DNA from: Octopus sinensis
Lineage: Eukaryota
Assembly (NCBI RefSeq): GCF_006345805.1
Contig: NC_043017.1
Location: 17,236,001 to 17,300,000, forward strand
DNA: 64,000 nt
Direction: 5' to 3'
Numbering within the stretch: the stretch's first letter is position 1; each line of letters starts with the position of its first letter. Position numbers and translations under genes: made by a program. Shown piece by piece: positions 51,721 to 64,000 of the stretch. Under the pieces are notes generated by a model, which saw only the letters and a list, made by a program, of their open reading frames with translations, did no database searches and was not told the DNA's origin.

Positions 51721-51806
51721 TCTTCTACATACGTTTCGACGGGTGCACTCCAAAATGTCCGGCAGGATAAATAATGGGCAGTAGTGCACCAATCTCTTCA
51801 GGAGGT
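51721..51806 (-). ncRNA. Type I hammerhead ribozyme-like motif with canonical core and extended stem II
   Basis: CCTC-CTGAAGA-GATTGGTGCAC...GTGCACCCGTC-GAAA-C-GTAT-GT-A-GAAG: stem II 10 of 11 pairs opening with G-C, stem III 2 bp, GUA triplet, stem I weak. Confidence 0.6.
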
Positions 51807-52011
51807 TTATGATAACAAGTTCATGAAATAAGCATGCTGGCCGAAAAAAAAGTCATACAAAATGTAACGTATTTATATAAGAGAAATAAATGAAAAAGTA
51901 AGTAGATAAAAACAAATAAATAAAATAAAGCTAAAGTAAATGAACACCAAATGTATAGTGCGTGTGTTTCCATTGGCTAAACTGGCAACATGACCACCCC
52001 CAAATACAATA

Positions 52012-52049
<38 letters not shown>

Positions 52050-52051
<2 letters not shown>

Positions 52052-52310
52052 TGGAACGAAAACGCAATAGAGGACAATAAAACATTCGGACAGATAGACG
52101 ATACGAAGGCGGACAGGAGAAACAACAATTAGGACAGGAAGAAAAGACGGATCATTGGTTGCCTTCTTTCGTCAGTCAAGTTTATCGGAAGTCCTTACTG
52201 TTTCGGGCAGTTACACTTCAGAGAGTTGCCATCCCCACCCCCAATGTCTAAGTTAAGAGCATTAGATTTTTTGTAAGATAGCCAACAAAGACAAAAACCG
52301 AGAACATAGT
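52050..52310 (-). mobile_element. Microsatellite-flanked repeat, same family as 10150-10460
   Basis: Diverged homology; CTTGA-CTGACGA on the minus strand at 52169-52180. Confidence 0.65.
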
Positions 52311-52317
52311 ATATATA

Positions 52318-52358
<41 letters not shown>

Positions 52359-52726
52359 GGTCGTTGTAGTGTGTAAAGCTTAGGTGAAGGCGGAATGCCG
52401 TTGTCAAGAGTGTGGATGTACGAGTGTGTATGAGAGTGTATATCACTGGTGTTGGCGGCGATGGCAGTATGGTAGCGGTGGCGGTGGTGATGGAGAGAAA
52501 AGAAGGAAGGAGAGGAAAGAGAGGGGGGGGAGTTGAAAGAATTAATTGGAGATGGAAACAGAATACGAGAGAAAGACAGAGAGAGGGAGAGAAAGAGAGA
52601 GAGTGAGAGGGTTAGGCAGAGCGGAATGTAAGAAATGAGGGAAGAGGAAGAGTATCGACTTAAAACGAAAAGTTTATTCTCAGGTTACAGTGTGAAGAGA
52701 TAATAATGTCTATTGATATTGGGGAA

Positions 52727-52957
52727 GGCGGCGAGCTGGCAGAAACGTTACCACGCCGGGCGAAATGCGTAGCCGTACTTCGTCTGCCGTTACGTTCGGA
52801 GTTCAAATTCTGCCGAGGTCGACTTTTCCTTTCATCCTTTCGGAGTTGATTAAATAAGTACCAGTTACGCACTGGGGTCGATATAATCGACTTAATCCGT
52901 TTGTCTGTCCTTGTTTGTCCCGTCTGTGTTTAGCCCCTTGTGGGTAATAAAGAAACA
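52727..52957 (+). mobile_element. SINE family A with 17-bp TSD (one mismatch)
   Basis: aatgtctattgatattg at 52705 and aatatctattgatattg at 52958. Confidence 0.92.
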
Positions 52958-53053
52958 AATATCTATTGATATTGTAGACTGGCTTTGAATTATTAACACA
53001 CACACAAACACACTTATTTTTCATTTGTTTCAGTTTTAAGAATGCAGCCATGC

Positions 53054-53418
53054 TGCAGCACTACCTCCTCCTGTCACTTGATGCAGACTTCCATATTGAG
53101 TCTGTGGCCGTGTAGGAAGATGAATGGAAGCATAATGTCGCCATCACTAGTGATCACACTAAACACCATGATGTTGACTGGATGTTTGATTTTTATCACT
53201 CTCGATACATGTTCGTATTGGAGATTCCGGCGCGGATACCAAACAGCACAGCATGTCGTTTCCAAATTTCTGTTAGAGTGAATGGCGCCATGGTACTATT
53301 TTTCTCACAGGCGGTGCCCACCTGACCCTGCTATACTGTGTGATCGAGAAAATTAAAAGCAATGCGCATGCGCGAAATTAAAAATATAAATTTATCTCAG
53401 TTTACCCATCACACCCTG
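53054..53418 (-). mobile_element. Internally deleted Tc1/mariner (DD37D/maT-like) transposon
   Basis: Terminus CAGGGTG at 53418; MAPFTLTEIWKRHAVLFGIRAGISN joined to KHPVNIMVFSVITSDGDIMLPFIF..GHRLNMEVCIK. Confidence 0.8.
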
Positions 53419-53440
53419 CAAATTCATACACGTATGTATA

Positions 53441-53641
53441 CGAGGTGGTGTACCGAAAAGTTCCTGGCTTTAAGTGTCTCACGAAAGGCCTGGCTGAAGA
53501 CCCAACCATCTGAGTTGTTTTACAGGGTTTAGAAAAACTAAAGGAAAGCTGCAATAAGTGTATGAATCTGAGAAAAAATCATAACTAACAGATCTTCATG
53601 CATTTTCTTTTACCGAAAAGCAGGAACTTTCCAGCACCCAC
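53441..53641 (+). mobile_element. mariner-derived MITE
   Basis: Imperfect TIRs GAAAAGTTCCTGGCTTT / AAAGCAGGAACTTTCCAGCACC; retains the transposase C-terminal relic GLEKLKESCNKCMNL; TA flanks. Confidence 0.7.
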
Positions 53642-53652
53642 TATATATATAT

Positions 53653-53713
<61 letters not shown>

Positions 53714-53716
<3 letters not shown>

Positions 53717-53907
53717 CATGAGTGACCGCTAGCCACTAAAGCTTTCTTTATTCCCTCTGTTTATTTTCTCGTGTTCTTTTCTGTTGAAGAGCGTAGGCTC
53801 GAAACGTAAAAGACATTCTCACTTTCCCGAGCGTTAAACAAATTAATACACCTGTTTGTTGTTTACACACCTGTCTTCGTCTTTTGGGGTTTTTTTTTGT
53901 AAATTCC

Positions 53908-53912
<5 letters not shown>
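53714..53912 (+). mobile_element. (TA)n-inserted element with variant hammerhead-like motif at 53773-53814
   Basis: TTTT-CTGTTGA-A-GAGC-GTAG-GCTC-GAAA-CG-TA-AAAG. Confidence 0.75.
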
Positions 53913-53943
<31 letters not shown>

Positions 53944-53963
53944 ATATATATATATATATATAT

Positions 53964-54222
53964 GCGCAGGCGTGGCTGTGTGGTACGAAGCTTGCTTCCA
54001 GGTTCACTTTGACAAGTGTCTTCTACTATAACCTCGAACCGGCCAAAGCCTTGTAAGTGGATTTGGGAGACGGAAACTGAAAGCAGTCTGTTCGACAAAA
54101 GGGACCGATAATAGAATAAGTGCTAGGGTTACAAAGAATAACACCTTGGGTCGATTTCGTTCGACTAAAGGCTGTGCTCCAGCATGGCCGCAGTCAAATG
54201 ACTGAAACAAATGAAAGAAAAA
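53964..54222 (+). mobile_element. SINE family B, internally deleted
   Basis: Head and tail present, central microsatellite region missing. Confidence 0.8.
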
Positions 54223-54360
54223 AACGTATAAAATTAATACACACAGACACACACATACACGTATGTTTATATAGGTATGTATATAGAAATACATACATGT
54301 ATATATAGTGTACACACACTCACACCCAGTTAGGTATGCAGCTATGCACACACACACGCG

Positions 54361-54401
<41 letters not shown>

Positions 54402-54489
54402 ATATTTGAAATGTCAGTTTGTCAGAGACGGTACACTCTATGTTTGGTATTAAAAGTATGTTGTTGAATTAAACTGAATTGTGAAACTA

Positions 54490-54546
<57 letters not shown>

Positions 54547-54829
54547 TGTTTGTATGCGGTGGGGGGGGTCCGCTTTCATATTTACTTTTGTCGAATAGGC
54601 GGTGTTGTGTGTTGTTATGTCCCGTAACTTAACAGTTCGATAAAAAAAAAGTTCTGAGATTGATATGATTGACTAAAACTCTTGAAAGCGGTGCCCCAGC
54701 ATGGCCACGGTCTAAGGCATGGAACCAACAAAAGCGTCTGAGTATAATTGTGATAGTAAATATGTATACATATTCCGCTTTCATTTCTTTTATCTTTCCC
54801 TATGTTTTCTCTCTCTCATTGTTTCCAGC

Positions 54830-54865
<36 letters not shown>

Positions 54866-55995
54866 TTTCATCGTTTCTTTGGTTCTTTTTCATTCTTCCT
54901 CATTCATTCGTTTTCTCTTTCATTTTGTCTTTGTCTCTCATTCTTTCGCCTATTTTTTCATTTATTCTTTCTTTTCCTTTTCCTTTATTGTCTTACTTTT
55001 CTTCATTCTCTTTCGTAGTGATGATTCTTTAATCCATGTTTGTCCTGACCGAGCTGATCAATGATTCAAAGACAGTCCAACCGTGATCAACCCATATTTT
55101 GTTTATCTCTTCATTGCCCACTGTGTTCATACCTTCTATTAAACGGCCAGTGGTTTTGAAGGAGATTTGGCTGCAATTTTTAGCAGATCGAGTCTTCTCC
55201 GCTCCGTCGTAGTGTGTTGTAATTTAACCCTTGGTCATCATGGATTCAGGAAACCAATGATCAAAAGCAATCCGGCTACGCCTATCAGTCTTTTATTCAG
55301 ACGTGATTTATCTGGGAGTTCATTAACCAAAGCATCCTTCCTTTCTTCTGAAGCCGATAAGGAGGAGTATTTTGGCTGCTGTGGTGGCCAGCCTCAGTCC
55401 CAACTCGGCTCTGAGTAAATCTATGATCAGAAACAATCAACCCGTGACGATCCTGCCTGACTATATCATGTTTGATATAATATTGACCAATATAGTATTA
55501 GATATCATTTATGAAGGGTGAGACTTAGCGCAGTTATTAGGGCGCCGGATAGGGAGTCTCTTTCCGACTCCCTACGATCCCAATTCAAATTCCTCATCTC
55601 TCCGAAAAAAAGAAAAAAAAAAGAGAGAGAGAGAGAGAAATTAAATAAATCAACGGCTTCTTTGAGATACCGTAAATCTCTAGATAGGTTTTGAAAGTCC
55701 TTAAGCAAGTGACCAAGTTTATCAGCTGATTACTAAATATGCACACATCCGCCTTCCGTATACCAGTTGATCATCATCATCATCATCGTTGTAGCATCCA
55801 CTTATCCACGTTCGCATGGATAAGACGGAATTTGTTGAGGCAGATTTTCTACAGCTGGATGCCTTTCATGTCACCAACCTTCGCGTATTTCCAAGTAAGA
55901 TAAGGTTTCCATGCAGCCAGACATGTTTTCACGGAAGAATGTAAAGGAAAGTCACAACTTGTATGATTGGTTACACTCGCTTACAACTACCACGT

Positions 55996-56034
<39 letters not shown>

Positions 56035-56052
56035 CTCTTTCTCTCTCTCTCT

Positions 56053-56083
<31 letters not shown>

Positions 56084-56092
56084 TAATATATA

Positions 56093-56256
56093 TGGCGGGC
56101 TTCTTTGAGTTTCCATCTGCCAAATGCACTCACAAAGCTTTGTTGGTCCGGAGTCATAGTACATGTGGCTTGTGCCCAAAGCACTACCCAGTGGGATTGA
56201 ACCCGAAACCATGTGATTAGGAAGCTAACTTCTTACCACACAATCACTCCTGCGCC
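56093..56256 (-). mobile_element. SINE family B, 5' half
   Basis: Reverse complement of head and core. Confidence 0.8.
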
Positions 56257-56707
56257 TACGATATCCTTTATCCTTTACTAGTTTCCGCCCGAGAGCTGCA
56301 GCTATGCTGGGCCACAGCCATTATATATTGTTAATAATCAACTGATATCGCTATTAGATGATGACAGAATCAGGAGAGCATTCCGTTTAGGTCACGGGTT
56401 CAAATCTTGCCATGAATCAACTTTATTTTGTGTCATTTACAGATCGATAAAATAAAGTCACCAATCTACACAGGACATGGTGGCCGGTATTTAATCCCCT
56501 ATCCCCCAAATGTGTACCCGCGTGTCTATTAGAGAGAAATCCTCATTCAGTTAGTTTAGAAATCCTCATTCAGGTGTCATTCAGATAGACAAAATGACTA
56601 GAGGTGTTTGTTCAGGTTCTGTAGCGATCTGAGTTCGAATCCTACTGAGGTCAGCTTTGCCTTTCATCCTTTCGCATTGATAAAACTAAGTACCAGTCAT
56701 CAATATT

Positions 56708-56933
56708 TTTCTTTTACTTGTTTCAGTCATAACAATGCGGCCATGCTGGGGCACCTCCTTGAAGAATTTTCAGCCGAACGAATCGACCCCAGTACGTTTC
56801 TTTTCTAAGTCTGGTACTTATTCTATCGTTCTTTTTTTGCCGAATCGCTAAGTTACGGGTACGTAAACAAATCCACACCAGTTGTCAGGAAGACACTTAC
56901 ACACTCATATATATATATATATATACACATATA

Positions 56934-56976
<43 letters not shown>

Positions 56977-57145
56977 GTACATACAACACACCACAACCGG
57001 TTTCTTTCAGTTTTCATCTGCCAAATCCATTCACAAGACATTGGTTGGCCCGAGGCTATAGTAGAAGACACTTGCCCAAGGTTCCACTGAACCCGGGAAC
57101 ATGTGGTTTAGAGCAAACTTCTTACCACACAGCCACACCTGCACC
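56708..57145 (-). mobile_element. SINE family B, full length
   Basis: Collinear with 34171-34583. Confidence 0.88.
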
Positions 57146-58385
57146 CATGATTTTATGTACTGGGATCGATTTAATCGCTTACCCCTAGGTCTCAAAGCCA
57201 CTTATTGCTGAAAAAAATCGATGGCGCACCGAACAGAAGAACTGACGGTATTTTGAGTATAAAGGGCTCGAGATCAAATCCCGAGAGGGATGAATTTGGC
57301 TTGCATCCTCCAGGGCCCGAGTTAGGTTCAGGTACTAGCATGAGAAGGTGCGGCATTTATCTTCCCACATGTGGTGGGGAAGCACTTCCTATATGTACTA
57401 TGTAGTGTGATGGTAGTGGGACCTAAACGAAATAAGGACCAGTAAAATATTGAAGGGGTAGATGCAATTAACTGTGACCTTTCTTAAAATTCAAGGGATC
57501 TGAAATGTGCAGATATTTGCGAGTGAAATTACAAAGACTACAAAGCTTACTTCTGGTGAACCGCCTTTTTTTCAATATATAAACATTGATTGAGGTCCCG
57601 GTAAATCCCTGGGCCCAGCTCGTTGCACCCCTTATACCCCCATACAACCCCTCATGGGCCCTACCAATCGTTCGTAATTATTATTGATTGGATGTGATAA
57701 CTGATGTTGTTGTTTCTTAACCCTGAGTGTCGCCCTTAATTAAAGGACGTTGGGCCAAAGACAGTCTTTAGATTATATTTATTCAATGGAAGCCTCCCAT
57801 TTGACGAAGACTTGGGTTACTATTTTTAGCAAATTGGTCGACCACTTACACACTTTCAAAGGTTGTCGATGTTATTATTGATGATGATTGCGTTGTTTGT
57901 TGTTTAGTCCCATATCAGTTCTGATTGAACAGATATAGACCTTTGGCCTGAAAGCGTTCCAAAAGTGACCAATCTGCCTTTATTTTACTCGAAACATAAT
58001 TTTATCCAAGGTTTTATCATCCCATATCTTTTCTTCTCGAAAGGTGATAGGAAGTGATTTGATGGAAGTTTCGTTGCTATTTCTAGTAGATCTAGCGACC
58101 AAGGAAAGGCACCTCGTCGACACGTGTTTCCCTTGTTGTTATTATTGGTGGTGGTGGTGGTGGTGGCGGCGGTGGAGACAGGATAGTACAGCGAACTAAT
58201 AATGTAGTAGTAGTAATGCTGGTTGAAACCATTCGTCAGCGGCGATAGGATTCGAAACCGGGTCCAGCAAATTCATTCAGGTGGGAAAAGGTTTGTTTAG
58301 AAATGGAAGGTGGAGGAAAGAGGTTTAACAGTAAGAAATAGAAACGTTTGTTTGCCCTACAAACCGCGTAGAAATGTGAGTGTGG

Positions 58386-58418
<33 letters not shown>

Positions 58419-58557
58419 CGAGAGAGAGAGAGAGAGAGAGATTTGGAGATTTGAGAAGACACACGGATAATTAAGCAGATACGAAAGCAGAGAGACAGAT
58501 AGAAACAGAGTAAAAGAGAGAGTTAGTTTGATAGATAAATAGAAAGAGTATAAGCTG

Positions 58558-58599
<42 letters not shown>

Positions 58600-59502
58600 A
58601 GAACAAAACGAGAAAGAAAACCCGCAATCACGAAAGGAATGAAAGAATGAAGAAATATATTTACGAAGCGAAAGAAAAAAAAGAATATATATAATATATA
58701 AACACAAGATTGATAATTTCTATAAAAACCAAACTTACCGTTCAGTAATATAATATGTAGATTTTCCATGCACGAGTGTATATTTTGGTTTCCATATAGC
58801 TTATTTCCTCTGTATATATGTTTAATTATATATACAAACAACAACGAAGAGCGTGTGTGTATATATCTATATAATAGTAATTACAGTTTACAGAGTATAT
58901 ATACTCGCGAGTGTCGTTGTAGGTTACAATTATTATCCGTGCACGAAATGTTTTAACTCCACACGTCCACACAAGATGTTAGTTGAATGTGTGATGTGTG
59001 TGTACGCGTGTGTATATAAGTATATATGTGTGTGTGTATGTGCACGTGTGTGTATGAATATGTGCGTTTGTCTATATATATATGTGTATGTGTTTGCCCT
59101 TATAAATAGATAGATAGATAGATAGATAGATAGTTAAGCAGGTGCGTGCGTCTAAGTTAGTAATGCTTCTGTGTAAATATATATATAGAAATAGATATAT
59201 GTATGTTTATGTAAATATATATGCGTATGTGTGTTTGTGAGCGTGTATATATATTAAAACATGATAGTATCTGTATATATATATATATCTATATCCTCTC
59301 CGATAGGTCCACAAACACTGAATTAGCTTTCAATACTGACGGCTAACAGCTCTCACAGTCATCACTGAAATGAGACTCACTCATCCTCACACCCTCACCC
59401 TCTCACATTCTACACTTTCTCCGTCTCTCCCTCTCTCTCTCTCCCACACGCACTGTTTTGCTCCTTCTCTCACTTTCTCTTTTATTCCTTTTGTTTCTCT
59501 TA

Positions 59503-59535
<33 letters not shown>

Positions 59536-59579
59536 ATCTTTTCCTTTTCCTCTACGCTTCCTCCCCGACATAAACACGC

Positions 59580-59620
<41 letters not shown>

Positions 59621-59714
59621 ATTTTTTTTATTTCGTTTCTTTCCATGAACGGACACACACACACACACACACATACACACACACGCGCGCACATACACGA
59701 AACACATACACACA

Positions 59715-59749
<35 letters not shown>

Positions 59750-60084
59750 CAAATTCACACACATACATACATAGATTCTGTCGCAGATATTCATGCATAC
59801 ATATACACAAACATAATGCACACCACACACACACATGCACACACACGTGTGTATACACAAACATGCTCGGCGATAAAAATTGCTCGTATTCGTCACTTGT
59901 AAACACACTTGCAATCGCGCACACTCACATACACATACATACACACATATACACACATACATAAACACACACATACAGAGATTTTCTTGCACACATTAAT
60001 GCATATATACAATATATATATAAATGGCGGTGCCCCAGCATGGCCACAGCTCAAGAGCGGAAGGAAAAACTATATAATATATGG

Positions 60085-60143
<59 letters not shown>

Positions 60144-60303
60144 GCACATACATACTCTCTCACACTGTCTATAACACACGCTTTCTCTCACATACATAGC
60201 AATTCTAGCACACAGATATACATAAATCCATACATTGTAGCACACTCTTAGATATACACTCACACACACATACGCAGATACATACACGCACACGCGCATT
60301 AAG

Positions 60304-60334
<31 letters not shown>

Positions 60335-60677
60335 CGCACATAGCATTCGCTAGCACAGTCACAATCACACACACACAAATGCGGCATATAACCACATACA
60401 AACACACACTAATACACACCTGCTGCATATAAGCGCACATACATACACATATACACACACACGCTCATGCGGCATACAACCGCGTCCACATACGAACACG
60501 CACCTGCGGTATATCATTATACATACATTCAGACATTCACATAAACATACACACACAGACACTAACATCAGTATATAATTACACACACACACACACACAC
60601 AGATACACGCACCCATACACACACATATACGCACACATGTGGTATATAATAACACACGCTCCTACTTAGACATACAA

Positions 60678-60708
<31 letters not shown>

Positions 60709-60719
60709 GAATATAATCA

Positions 60720-61240
60720 AACACATTAACACACACGCACACACACTCACACATGCACACATACACACACTCACACATGCACACACACACACACACCACT
60801 TGCAAGAATAACAATCAAACACATTAACACACACGCACACACACTCACACACGCACACATACACACACTCACACACGCACACATACACACACTCACACAT
60901 GCACACACGCACACACACTCACACATGCACACATACACACACTCACACATGCATACATACACACACTCACACACGCACACATACACACACTCACACATGC
61001 CACACACACAACACACTCACACATCTACACACACTCACACATGCATACATACACACACTCACACATGCACACGTACACACACTCACACATGCACACATAC
61101 ACACACTCACACATGCACACATACACACACTCACACATGCACACGCACACGCACACACACTCACACATGCACACATACACACACACACTCACACATGCAC
61201 ACATACACACACTCACACATGCACACATACACACACGCGC
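60720..61240. repeat. 22-bp minisatellite ACACACTCACACATGCACACAT inside a ~3-kb (CA)n-rich tract (59650-62680)
   Basis: Roughly 20 units directly visible. Confidence 0.9.
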
Positions 61241-61262
61241 GCGCGATGTATCTCCCGCGCAC

Positions 61263-61303
<41 letters not shown>

Positions 61304-62084
61304 TACATGCAACAGGACATACAAAGCTCACACCGTTTTATATGAAACAACGCATATACGGCCCAAATCGATGCCCACACGCCCCTACATCACATACAAC
61401 AGACACATACACACAGTATAAATTCACACACATATACATATACACAACACACACACACACACACAAATCAAAGATAGAACGCGCTACAAACTTACAGACA
61501 CACATAGACCCTCAGTGCATAGCGCGTGCACGTACACACACATACACACGCACACACATACATTCGCACACATTCGCACACAGCTTCAAACGCACGAATA
61601 CAATATACAACGATGCACAAGAATACACATAGATCACACATGCACATACATATACAAAACATCATACACATACATACATATACATATACATACAACGACA
61701 GGTTCATTGAAGAGAGCCTGTATGAGGTTGCCTGATCTGCTAGAAATAGCAGCCAAATCTCCGTCAGATCATACTATCGCTATCATATAAACAAGGAAAG
61801 GTCATATTCGGTAATGTGGTGTTAGATACCGCTAAATAGACGGGATGGACATGCCTGGAACGTCGTTAATCATAAGTCTCCTCGAGGATGGTTGACCGCG
61901 GGTAAAACGATAACATTTCCTTTTACACACACACACACATACACACACACACACACACACACATAGACACACACACACACACATATAGACACACACACAC
62001 ACACACACACATACACACACACACACACACAAAACATTTCCGTTCACAGCAGAACACACACACGCACACGCGTGCCACACATAT

Positions 62085-62132
<48 letters not shown>

Positions 62133-62154
62133 GGAAATACACATGCGCGTTCAT

Positions 62155-62189
<35 letters not shown>

Positions 62190-62361
62190 GGGTTAGTTCA
62201 CCTGTACTCTTTCTTTCTCTTTTTCTTTCTCTCCCACTCAGTCTTTCATTCACACACGTACACACATATCCACACACATATATCCGCACACACATATCCA
62301 CGCATACCCACACATATACACATGGCATTAGTACACCTGCACTCGGCCTCTCTTTCTCTTA

Positions 62362-62418
<57 letters not shown>

Positions 62419-62761
62419 AAACAAGTACACATACAGACACACATACAGGTGGCGGTTAGACACGCATTCTAACGAATACATGACCATACGGCATTCGTCA
62501 GTTGTATTCGCATGCACAACACACACGCACCATACAAGTGCTTCTATACATTCACCTACTCACGTATATACGCAAGGTATTCATTCAATAACACTCACAC
62601 ATGCGTACACACACATACACACACAAACAAGTACAACGGGTCAGTAACACACACACATACACACACATATATATATACATATATATAGTCGAAAGCTGCT
62701 CATAGAACTCGAATCTGCAACGGTCTTCTTATATGTGTGCGTGTTTGTGTGTATGTGTGTA

Positions 62762-62794
<33 letters not shown>

Positions 62795-63464
62795 CATGTC
62801 CCCGAGAAAAAATTTCGTTGAGTGGAGCGAGACAGCGTTCAGGTCCCGAATTAAAAAGGGGCCGTGAAATGTTATTTCTACTTTCCCAGACATGCATACA
62901 TACATACATTTTTATTTATTTATTTTTTTGTTCGAGGGAAAGGATACTGAATATATTCACAGGGCCATTTATTGACTCCTGGCCCCGGACACTAGTACCA
63001 TCTGAGCCAGCCCCCACCCGGGCTCTCACTTATTGGCCCTGCTTATGTGAATGTTAATATGGCCGTGTATGTATGTATGTATGTATATATGTATATATGT
63101 ATATGGATAAAAACGAATCATTTCACGTCTCTCGAAGTCACTAAATTCTTATAACGTAAGCAATATATAACACCCACACCCACTCACACTTACACACACA
63201 CAACAAGAGAGGTATCCGGGAAGTGAGGCGGTCACTCCACGTAACACTCCAGTAAACATAGACTAATAGGAGGATATGTCGGAAGGAAAATTTCGCTACA
63301 AATCGCTTCCATCCGACACAAACTGAAAATCCAGAAGTTTAACGTGGTGATTGAAATAAGAAGAATGGAATTATAGATATTATGTTCCATTGTTTACAAT
63401 TGATTCAATATCGTTTAACGACAAATTATATAAGATTAAATACAACCGCCCATTCTTTTATTAT

Positions 63465-63740
63465 ATCTTTTATTCTTTTACTTGTATCAACCATTTGATG
63501 TTGGCTATGCTGGAGCACCACTTTGAAGGGTATTAGTCGAACAAATTGACCCCAGGACTTAATCTTTTTTAAGCCTACTACTTATTCTACTGTTCTCGTT
63601 TGCCGAACCGCTTAGTTACAAGGGCGTAAACACACCAATACTGGTCGTCAAGCGGCAGTGGAAAACTAACAGACAGAAAGATACACACAAACACACACAT
63701 ATATATGTGTATGTGTGTGTGTGTGTATACGATGGAGTTC
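63465..63740 (-). mobile_element. SINE family B 3' half; resumes at ~63975 and runs off the window
   Basis: Reverse-complement tail; interrupted by SINE A. Confidence 0.8.
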
Positions 63741-63971
63741 TGTTTCTTTATTACCCACAAGGGGCTAAACATAGAGGGGACAAACAAGGACAGACAAACG
63801 GATTAAGTCGATTACATCAACCCCAGTGCGTAACTGGTACTTAATTTATCGACTCCGAAAGGATGAAAGGCAAAGTCGACCTCGGCGGAATTTGAGCTCA
63901 GAACATAACGGCAGACGAAATACCGCTACGCATTTTGCCTGGCGTGCTAACGGTTCTGCCAGCTCGCTGCC
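63741..63971 (-). mobile_element. SINE family A inserted in SINE B
   Basis: Full-length reverse complement; duplication tatac..ggagttct on both sides. Confidence 0.9.
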
Positions 63972-64000
63972 TTTATATATACAAGGAGTTCTTTCAGTTA

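Overview
This is AT-rich eukaryotic non-coding DNA (intron or intergenic), saturated with microsatellites. The SINE families and repeat landscape suggest a coleoid cephalopod, probably Octopus (inference). I cannot support any host protein-coding gene, rRNA, true tRNA or CRISPR array, and almost the whole ORF track is microsatellite artefact. The window holds at least four SINE families (roughly 40 copies or fragments) and non-LTR retrotransposon remnants of three clades (L1/Tx1, RTE/BovB, CRE-like) plus a doubtful CR1/Jockey-like relic. It also holds Tc1/mariner and hAT MITEs and many nested insertions. The most interesting signal is about a dozen short non-coding elements, mostly sitting in (TA)n tracts, that carry minimal hammerhead-ribozyme-like motifs (CUGANGA / stem II / GAAA / very short stem III / UH). 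Many have a family-specific palindromic stem-loop III, and several are long foldbacks whose arms include or end at the motif. They look like non-autonomous Penelope-like (pLTR) elements. All structures were folded by eye, and coordinates of degenerate copies are approximate.
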